This document shows, in pieces, positions 15,567 to 22,211 of a DNA stretch of 32,000 nucleotides. The stretch lies in assembly GCA_963843975.1 (NCBI GenBank), contig CAWJMG010000003.1, positions 30,001-62,000 of the forward strand, in the 5' to 3' direction. Below the pieces are notes generated by a model, which did not search any database, was not told the origin of the DNA, and saw only the letters and a list, made by a program, of their open reading frames with translations. Each line of letters opens with the position of its first letter. Positions within the stretch are counted from its first letter, which is position 1. The translations under genes and the position numbers were made by a program. This DNA comes from an uncultured Actinomycetes bacterium. GTDB taxonomy: Bacteria > Actinomycetota > Actinomycetes > S36-B12 > CAIYMF01.

Positions 15567-16548
15567 GTGAGTTCCGAGCTCGACACCGACCACCTCGAGG
15601 TCTTCGCGCGCGGCGCGGTGGCCGAGCACGGCATGCCGGACGCCGAGATCACGCTGCTGAACGTGTCGGAGAACGCGACGTTCCGTGCCGACTCCGCCGA
15701 CGGCCGTCGGCTGGTGCTCCGGGTGCACCGCACCGGCTACCACTCGCGCGAGGCGATCGAGAGCGAGCTGGCTTGGATCTCGGCGCTGCGCGCGGACGGG
15801 ATCGTGCACACGGCCCCCGTGATCCCCACCCCTGACGGCCGCGACATCGTCGCGGTGCGCCACCCGGGCGGCGAGGAGCGGCAGGTCGTCGCGTTCGAGT
15901 GGATGAACGGGCACGAGCCGCCCGAGGACCGTCTCGTCGACGACTTCCGCGAGCTCGGTGCCATCACCGCACGCCTGCACCGGCACGCGCGCGAGTGGCA
16001 GCGCCCGGCCGGTTTCACCCGGTTCCGTTGGGACTTCGACACCTCGCTCGGTGCGAACGGGCACTGGGGCCGTTGGCAGGACGGGCTCGGCATGGGACCG
16101 TCCGAGCTCGAGGTGCTCGGTCGTGCGGCCGACGCCGTGCAGCGCCGGCTCGCCGCGTTCGGCGCCGGGCCCGACCGCTTCGGCCTCGTCCACGCCGACA
16201 TGCGCCTCGCCAACCTCCTCGTCGACGGTGACAGCGTCTGCGTGATCGACTTCGACGACTGCGGCCTGTCCTGGTACCTCTACGACCTCGGGTCGTCGCT
16301 GTCGTTCATCGAGCACCTGCCGGTCGTGCCCGAGCTGCATCGACTCGTGGATCACCGGCTACCGCACCGAGGGCACGCTGAGCGCCGAGGAGGTCGCCGA
16401 GCTCCCGACCTTCGTGATGCTGCGCCGCCTGCTGCTCGTCGCGTGGATCGGCTCGCACTCCGCCGTCCCGGAGGCTCAGGCCCTCGGCGCCGACTTCACC
16501 ACCGTGTCCTGCGACCTCGCGGAGAAGTACCTCGTCCAGTTCGGCTGA
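15567..16548 (+). pseudogene. APH-family (phosphotransferase) amino-alcohol kinase, RMM-type; frame broken by one extra nucleotide near 16335-16340
   Basis: GTG 15567 (SD GGGAGAA). Sensible sequence runs to ...VIDFDDCGLSWYLYDLGSSLSFIEHLPVVPEL and then becomes nonsense. The next frame reads IDSWITGYRTEGTLSAEEVAELPTFVMLRRLLLVAWIGSHSAVPEAQALGADFTTVSCDLAEKYLVQFG, stop 16546-16548. That stretch is co-linear with the intact paralog at 20532..21533. Span is 982 nt (3n+1). Confidence 0.85.
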
Positions 16549-16564
16549 CCTGCCCGGAGGATCC

Positions 16565-17354
16565 ATGTTCAGCTCCATCGCCGGCCGCTCCGTCATCGTG
16601 ACGGGTGGCACCAAGGGCATCGGCAAGGGCATCGCGCGCGTGTTCGCGCGGGCTGGCGCCAACGTCCTCATCACCGGGCGCAACGAGGCGGACGCCGCCG
16701 CCTGCGCAGCCGAGCTCACCGGGCTCGGTGGCGGCGAGGTCACGTACGTCCTCGGCGACGTCGCGTCGGCCGAGTCGTGCGCGGCGATGGCCGCGACCGC
16801 GGTCGAGCGCAACGGCGGCATCGACGTGCTCTGCGCCAACGCCGGGATCTTCCCCGACTCCAAGCTTCGCGACGATGACCGAGGCCGACATGGACCTCGT
16901 CTTCGGCACCAACATCAAGGGCACGCTGCTGTCGGTGCAGGCGTGCATGCCGGCGCTCACGGCGTCGGGCCGCGGGCGCGTCATCCTCACCTCGTCGATC
17001 ACCGGGCCGATCACCGGCTACCCGGGCTGGTCGCACTACGGCGCGAGCAAGGCCGCACAGCTGGGCTTCATGCGTACGGCGGCCATCGAGCTCGCGCCGC
17101 GCAAGATCACCGTGAACGCAGTGCTCCCGGGCAACGTCGCGACCGAGGGCCTGGCCGAGCTCGGCCCGGAGTACCGCGCGTCGATGGAGGCGAGCATCCC
17201 GTTGAGGGCGCTGGGCGAGGTCGACGACATCGGCAACGCCGCCCTGTTCTTCGCCACCGACGAGGCGGCGTACATCACCGGGCAGGCGCTCGCGGTCGAC
17301 GGCGGCCAGGTGCTGCCCGAGTCGCTCGCGGCGCTCGAGGCCGCAGCCGACTAG
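16565..17354 (+). pseudogene. Short-chain dehydrogenase/reductase (RMM aminopropanol dehydrogenase position); frame broken by one extra nucleotide near 16865-16869
   Basis: [11 protein letters not shown]...[10 protein letters not shown] is followed by nonsense. The next frame (tail of ORF 16605..17354) reads [18 protein letters not shown]...YGASKAA...[10 protein letters not shown]. Span is 790 nt (3n+1). Confidence 0.85.
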
Positions 17355-17396
17355 ACGACGTACCGTGGTCGCACCGACACCGCACCGGGGGGTGAG

Positions 17397-18194
17397 ATGA
17401 CCGAGACCGACGCCCTCCTGGGGCCGACGGCCGATGAGGCGCGGCGCAACATCGTCGGCCTCATCACCTCCGGCGCGCTGCGACCAGGTCAGCGCCTCGG
17501 CGCCGAGCGTGATCTCGCCGTGCAGCTCGGCGTCAGCCGGTCGACCCTGCGCGCCGCCCTGGCCTCGCTCGAGCAGGACGGCCTCGTTCGTCGCGTCCCC
17601 GGCCGCGGCGGCGGCACGTTCGTCGCGCGGGAGAAGATCGACCGCGACCTCTCGCGCATCGTCGGCGTGCCCGCGCTCCTGCGCGACCAGGGCTACACCG
17701 CCGGCACCCGCGTCGTGAGCGGTGCGGTCGCGCCCCCCGATCCGGATGCGCGCGCGGCGCTCGAGATGGACGACGACTCGTTCGTCGTCGACCTCGTGCG
17801 CATCCGCCTCGCCGACGGAAGCCCCATCTCGCTCGAGCACGCGCGCCTGCCTGCCGAGCGCTTCCCCGGTCTGCTCGAGCGCCCGCTCGGCGGCTCGCTG
17901 TACCAGCTGCTCGAGAAGGAGTACGGCGTCGGCCCGCACCAGGCCGTGGAGAGGCTCGAGGTCGTGTCGGCATCCGACGACGAGGCACGCGTCCTCGGCG
18001 TCCCGTCCGGCTCGCCCCTGATCTCGATCACGCGCACGACCACCGACTCCGACGGCCGGCCGTTCGAGTACTCGCACGACCTGTTCCGCGCGGACCGCAC
18101 CCGCATCACCGTGCGCACGTACGGAGCACCGGCGGGCGCGGGGATGGACGCGACCCGCGGCCGTCTCGTCGAGGTCCGCGACAACACCGCCTGA
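17397..18194 (+). CDS. GntR-family regulator, HutC-like (winged HTH plus UTRA-type effector domain)
   Basis: 265 aa. ERDLAVQLGVSRSTLRAALASLEQDGLVRRVPGRGGGTFV is a GntR wHTH. The C-terminal half resembles UTRA domains (...PISLEHARLP...YSHDLFRADR). Confidence 0.8.
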   Translation: MTETDALLGPTADEARRNIVGLITSGALRPGQRLGAERDLAVQLGVSRSTLRAALASLEQDGLVRRVPGRGGGTFVAREKIDRDLSRIVGVPALLRDQGYTAGTRVVSGAVAPPDPDARAALEMDDDSFVVDLVRIRLADGSPISLEHARLPAERFPGLLERPLGGSLYQLLEKEYGVGPHQAVERLEVVSASDDEARVLGVPSGSPLISITRTTTDSDGRPFEYSHDLFRADRTRITVRTYGAPAGAGMDATRGRLVEVRDNTA

Positions 18195-18207
18195 CCGGAG
18201 GGTCGTC

Positions 18208-18543
18208 ATGCCGTACGACGAGGTGCTCGCCGACCGCATCCGCGCGCTGCTCGAGACACGCGTTGACGTCGCGGAGAAGAAGATGTTCGGCGGCCTGGCG
18301 TTCCTCGTCGGCGGGCACATGGCTATCGCGGCCAGCGGCGAGGGCGGCGCGCTGGTGCGGGTCGATCCCGCGGAGTCCGACCAGCTGGTCGACACCGATG
18401 GCGCCGAGGTCGCGGTGATGCGCGGCCGGCCCATGACGGGGTGGCTACGGGTGGCCGACGAGCAGCTCGAGTCCGACGACGTGCTTGCGGCGTGGGTGCA
18501 GCGGTCGTCGGCGTACGCCGCGTCGCTGCCACCGAAGGGCTAG
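18208..18543 (+). CDS. TfoX N-terminal-domain protein
   Basis: 111 aa. KKMFGGLAFLVGGHMAIA...MRGRPMTGWLRV is typical of the TfoX_N family. Confidence 0.7.
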   Translation: MPYDEVLADRIRALLETRVDVAEKKMFGGLAFLVGGHMAIAASGEGGALVRVDPAESDQLVDTDGAEVAVMRGRPMTGWLRVADEQLESDDVLAAWVQRSSAYAASLPPKG

Positions 18544-18550
18544 CGGCCGA

Positions 18551-19015
18551 TCAGCCCTGGGCGGTCGGGATGGCGTCGGCGACGGCCGGGGAGATGTCGA
18601 CCAGTGCGTCGGCCTCGGGGGAGTACGCGTCCGGCACGCTGACCTCGATGTTGAGCTCGCGCCCTACCGTGGTGAAGAGGTAGCCGTTCTCGAGCTGCTC
18701 GGGCAGCCAGTCGATGCCGTCGACGGTGACGAGCTGCGAGGTGGGCCCGAGCGCGGCCGGAGTGGGCACGCCGCAGCGGACGACGATCGCGGGGTCTCCC
18801 CAGGCCGACACGAACGAGCTCCTCGGATCGGTGGCCGTCACGGTCTGGCCGACGACCTCGTCCGGGAGGCTGCTCTTGAAGTTCGCGCACGCGTAGGCGC
18901 CCGCCCCCTCGGGGAGCGGGTCGGGCAGGGGTACGGCGAGGCCGCGGGAGCAGCCGGTGAGCGAGAGCAGGACCGCCGCGGCAGCGAGTGCGCTGCCGAC
19001 GTGCCGCCTGCCCAC
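18551..19015 (-). CDS. DUF3515-like secreted lipoprotein
   Basis: Only the 3' 155 codons of ORF 18551..20029 look coding. GTG 19015 opens VGRRHVGSALAAAAVLLSLTGCS (signal peptide plus lipobox), followed by SAWGDPAIVVRCGVPTP...VDGIDW. Sits in the conserved position near thiL. Confidence 0.7.
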   Translation of the reverse strand: MGRRHVGSALAAAAVLLSLTGCSRGLAVPLPDPLPEGAGAYACANFKSSLPDEVVGQTVTATDPRSSFVSAWGDPAIVVRCGVPTPAALGPTSQLVTVDGIDWLPEQLENGYLFTTVGRELNIEVSVPDAYSPEADALVDISPAVADAIPTAQG

Positions 19016-19023
19016 AGCCGGTG

Positions 19024-19260
19024 TCAGAGGTGGACGACGGGGCAGGTGAGGGTACGCGTGATGCCCTCGACCGCCTGGATGCGTGCCACCACGAGCTTGC
19101 CGAGCTCGTCGACGCTGCGCGCCTCGGCGCGCACGATGACGTCGTACGGGCCGGTGACGTCCTCGGCCTGCGTGACGCCCTTGATCTGGGCGATCTCGGC
19201 GGCCACGTGAGCCGCCTTGCCGACCTCGGTCTGGATGAGGATGTAGGCCTGCACCACCAT
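19024..19260 (-). CDS. Small Lrp/AsnC ligand-binding-domain protein (about 78 aa)
   Basis: MVVQAYILIQTEVGKAAHVAAEIAQIKGVTQAEDVTGPYDVIVRAEARSVDELGKLVVARIQAVEGITRTLTCPVV. ATG 19260 was chosen inside the longer 19024..19365 ORF. Confidence 0.8.
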   Translation of the reverse strand: MVVQAYILIQTEVGKAAHVAAEIAQIKGVTQAEDVTGPYDVIVRAEARSVDELGKLVVARIQAVEGITRTLTCPVVHL

Positions 19261-19433
19261 GGTCGTCCTCCTCGGTCGGAATCTGGTGCGGTCGGGGAAG
19301 CGCAACCAGGTCGAGCAGCCCCGTTGAAGTGCGGCCCGGTGTCCGGTAGGACCGCAGGACGACACTATCGCCCGGATGGTGCGGGCGGAGAACGGGTACG
19401 GGACGCTCCCGCCCCGACGTGAAGGAGAACACA

Positions 19434-20405
19434 GTGCCGAACGGTCCCGTCGGTGGCGGCGGCTCGGTGTCCGACCTGGGCGAGTTCGGGCTGATCGGTG
19501 CGATCGTCGGCCGATTCCCGGTCACCGACGACGTCCTCCTCGGGCCCGGGGACGACGCGGCCGTCGTCGCGGCGCCGGACGCCCGGGTGGTCGCCACGAC
19601 CGACCTCCTGGTGGAGGGACGGCACTTCCGCCGCGACTGGTCCTCGGCGCATGAGATCGGGCGCAAGGCCGCGGCGCAGAACCTCGCGGACGTGATCGCG
19701 ATGGGCGCACGTCCGACGGCCCTGCTCGTCGGGCTCGGCTGCCCGCCGGACCTGCCCACCGCCTGGGCTACGGGCCTCGCGGACGGCCTCGCGGAGGAGT
19801 GCGCCCTCGTGGGGGCCACGGTCGTCGGGGGCGATGTCGTGCGCAGCGACATGGTCGTCCTGGCGGTCACGGCCCTCGGCGACCTCGAGGGCCGCGCGCC
19901 GGTCACGCGGTCCGGGGCGCGGCCCGGCGACGTGCTGGCGGTCGCGGGCCGGCTGGGGTGGTCGGCGGCCGGCCTTGCGGTGCTCGGCCGGGGGTTCCGC
20001 TCACCGCGCGTTCTCGTCGAGGCGCACAAGGTGCCGACCCCGCCCTACGCCGCGGGCCGTGCGGCCGCGGTCGCGGGTGCGACGTCGATGATCGACGTGT
20101 CCGACGGGCTGCTGCAGGACGCCGGCCATGTGGCCGCGGCCTCCGGCGTCGTCCTCGGCATCGACTCGGCAGCGCTGGTCGTCGACCAGCCGCTGGCGGA
20201 TGCGGCCGCGGCGTTCAACGCCGACCCGCTGCAGTGGGTCCTGCGCGGCGGCGAGGACCACGCACTGCTGGCGACGTTCCCGCGGGGGGCAGTGCTTCCG
20301 GAGGGCTTCACGGCGATCGGCCGCGTCGACACCGGGGACGCCGGGGTGCTCGTCGACGGGGAGCCGCCCACTGGTGCCGGCGGCCACGACCACTTCCGCT
20401 CCTGA
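19434..20405 (+). CDS. thiL: Thiamine-monophosphate kinase
   Basis: DLGEFGLI, GPGDDAAVV, TTDLLVEGRHF and AQNLADVIAMGARP are ThiL/AIR-synthase-fold motifs. GTG 19434 follows AAGGAG (19422-19427); the ORF-track start at 19419 is also possible. Confidence 0.9.
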   Translation: MPNGPVGGGGSVSDLGEFGLIGAIVGRFPVTDDVLLGPGDDAAVVAAPDARVVATTDLLVEGRHFRRDWSSAHEIGRKAAAQNLADVIAMGARPTALLVGLGCPPDLPTAWATGLADGLAEECALVGATVVGGDVVRSDMVVLAVTALGDLEGRAPVTRSGARPGDVLAVAGRLGWSAAGLAVLGRGFRSPRVLVEAHKVPTPPYAAGRAAAVAGATSMIDVSDGLLQDAGHVAAASGVVLGIDSAALVVDQPLADAAAAFNADPLQWVLRGGEDHALLATFPRGAVLPEGFTAIGRVDTGDAGVLVDGEPPTGAGGHDHFRS

Positions 20406-20411
20406 CACGAG

Positions 20412-20465
20412 CTACTGCCCACAGGCGCGCGGACGAGCGTCCTTGAACCTGGATCGGGGCAGTAG
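20412..20465. terminator. Inverted repeat between convergent thiL and kinase genes (weak bidirectional terminator candidate)
   Basis: CTACTGCCC (20412-20420) pairs with GGGCAGTAG (20457-20465), a 9-bp stem. The 36-nt loop is long for an intrinsic terminator. Confidence 0.25.
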
Positions 20466-20531
20466 TTCGAGTTCCCAGGTGAGGTGGTAGGTGGCACCAG
20501 GGACGCTCGCGAGGTCGCGGACCGCTCGACC

Positions 20532-21533
20532 TCAGGCCAGGTAGGTGCCGCTCAGGTAGGACTCCGCGAGCTCGCACGTCTCGGTCGTGAACGGCGCGCC
20601 GAGCTCGCGCGCCTCCTCGGCGTACGAGTGGTGGGAGCCCACCCATCCCACGAGGAGGAGCCGTCGGAACATCACGAGCGTGGGGATGATCCCGACGTCC
20701 GTCGAGGTGAGAGGGCGCAGGGTCTGGTAGCCGGCGAGCCACGGCTGCATCCAGTCGCTGGCGCGGGGGTCGGCCTCCAGGAAGCTGACCGCGGTCGCGA
20801 AGTCGTACAGGAACCACGAGAAGCCGCAGTCGTCGAAGTCGATGACCTTCACCTGGTCACCGTCCACGAGCAGGTTCGTCAGTCGCAGGTCGTTGTGGGC
20901 GAGCCCGAACCGGGCGGGGTCGGTGCCGTACGCCGCCAGCTCGCGGCGGATCTGGTCGTCCACCCGCTGCAGGAGCCGGCGCTCGTCGGCACCCATCCCG
21001 AGCCCGTCCTGCCAGCGACCCCACATGGCCCGGGCGCCCAGCGCGGCGTCGTAGTCGCACGTGTACCTGGTGAAGGTCGAGGGCCGTGCCCAGGCACCAC
21101 CGTGCAGGTGCATGGCTGCGGCGAGCCGGCCGAGGACCTCGAAGCTGGCCTCCAGCCCGCTCTCGGTGCTGGGTGCCGCGCCGTCCATCCAGTCGAAGAG
21201 GACGACGTGGCGGCTGTCGCCGTCCCCGACAGGCAGCGTGGTGAGCCGGCCGCCGTCGCGCCGGCGGATCGCGGTCGGGGGATCGACGACGCCGTCAGCG
21301 CTGAGCGCGTCGAGCCAGAGCAGCTCGGACTCGATCTCCCGGCCGGAGTGGTATCCGGGGCGGTGCACACGCATGGCGGCGACGCGACCGCTGTCGGGAT
21401 CGACCACCTTGTACGTGGTGTTCTCGGACACGTTGATCAACGTGACGTCCGACCGAGGAGACAGCTCGTAGTGCTCCAGCACCGAGCGAGCCACTGAGTC
21501 GAGCGAGGTGATCATGACCTCGGCGCCGTCCAT
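20532..21533 (-). CDS. APH-family (phosphotransferase) kinase, intact paralog of the RMM kinase
   Basis: ATG 21533 (SD GGAGGGGG) opens MDGAEVMITSLD... It shares VSEN.T..., RVHR.GYHS..EIESEL.W..AL, GRWQDGLGMG and NLLVDGD.V.VIDFDDCG.SW.LYD with 15567..16548. Confidence 0.85.
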   Translation of the reverse strand: MDGAEVMITSLDSVARSVLEHYELSPRSDVTLINVSENTTYKVVDPDSGRVAAMRVHRPGYHSGREIESELLWLDALSADGVVDPPTAIRRRDGGRLTTLPVGDGDSRHVVLFDWMDGAAPSTESGLEASFEVLGRLAAAMHLHGGAWARPSTFTRYTCDYDAALGARAMWGRWQDGLGMGADERRLLQRVDDQIRRELAAYGTDPARFGLAHNDLRLTNLLVDGDQVKVIDFDDCGFSWFLYDFATAVSFLEADPRASDWMQPWLAGYQTLRPLTSTDVGIIPTLVMFRRLLLVGWVGSHHSYAEEARELGAPFTTETCELAESYLSGTYLA

Positions 21534-21591
21534 GCTCCCCCTCCGGTCCGCTCGACCACGTGACGTCGTGGCCGTCCTGCTGCGCTGTGGC

Positions 21592-21701
21592 CAAAGGCAC
21601 AAGGACCAAACCATAAGTGACGACGGAGGGAGAGACAAGGTCCGACCGTGTGGTGGCAGTCCTTGCCCGCGGGCACTTACGGGCCTAGGTTTAGACCATT
21701 A
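21592..21701. promoter_or_regulatory. Back-to-back divergent promoter module A (homologous to 27668..27778)
   Basis: Rightward: TTGCCC (21663-21668), 17 nt, TAGGTT (21686-21691), then TAGACCATTA. Leftward, on the minus strand: TTGTCT (21633-21638), 17 nt, TATGGT (21610-21615). Confidence 0.5.
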
Positions 21702-21754
21702 ATCTGCCGGTGGGGCTCGCCTCCACCATCCGTACCCGAGGAAGGGCGGCACCT

Positions 21755-22153
21755 GTGGCCTCGAGCAACACGGACGTCGAGTTCGTCCCACCGAGCGGCT
21801 TCCTCGCCAAGGCTCCCCTGAGCGCCGCCGTGCGGGTGGGCGATCTGGTGCTGGTGTCGGGCCAGATCGGCATCGACGACGCCGGCGTCGCGCTGCGGGG
21901 CATGGCCGAGCAGACGAAGGCCTGCATCGAGGCCGTGGCGGCCGCACTGGCGCCCGTGGGCGGCAGCCTCGCGGACGTGGTCCAGACGCGGGTGTACCTC
22001 ACCGACTTCAGCGGCTACGACGACTACAACCGGGTGTACCGCGAGTACTTCGCCGAGCCCTTCCCGGCCCGTGCCACGGTGGGCACGCCGCAACTCGCTC
22101 TGGGCGCCCAGATCGAGATCGAGGCTGTCGCCGTCCTGCGCCGGGCCGACTGA
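21755..22153 (+). CDS. ridA: RidA/YjgF-family reactive enamine/imine deaminase
   Basis: 132 aa from GTG 21755 (SD GAGGAAGGG). VLVSGQIG...VYLTDFSGYDDYNRVYREYF...PARATVG...GAQIEIEAVAV is typical of RidA. Confidence 0.85.
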   Translation: MASSNTDVEFVPPSGFLAKAPLSAAVRVGDLVLVSGQIGIDDAGVALRGMAEQTKACIEAVAAALAPVGGSLADVVQTRVYLTDFSGYDDYNRVYREYFAEPFPARATVGTPQLALGAQIEIEAVAVLRRAD

Positions 22154-22211
22154 GCCGACTGCCCACGCCTGGCGCTGATCGCTGCAGCCACGTCCGATCG
22201 AAGGAGCACCG

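Noticed and set aside
14475-16355. 626-aa minus-strand ORF across BMC-H, BMC-T2, the repeat and the kinase
   Set aside because: It is antisense to canonical shell and kinase sequences and has no recognisable motifs. The same reasoning applies to 23033..24835(-), 8028..9602(+), 11306..13198(-), 12165..13376(-), 16740..18434(-) and 22008..23267(-).
7381-16872. Programmed ribosomal frameshifting or transcriptional slippage at the four frame breaks
   Set aside because: There is no slippery heptamer or long homopolymer, and I saw no obvious downstream stimulatory structure. All four would need +1 events in unrelated genes. Error or mutation is the simpler explanation.
2427-18550. Block as a classical genomic island or integrative element
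   Set aside because: There is no integrase, transposase, tRNA target or flanking direct repeats, and no obvious compositional shift by eye.
19261-19433. TPP riboswitch upstream of thiL
   Set aside because: I could not find the conserved CUGAGA or ACCUGAUCUGGAUAAUGCCAGCG-like cores. The region more likely holds divergent promoters for lrp and thiL.
19016-20029. Upstream two-thirds of the 492-aa ORF 18551..20029
   Set aside because: This part is antisense to thiL and overlaps the Lrp-like gene. A signal peptide with a lipobox begins at GTG 19015, giving a DUF3515-sized protein.
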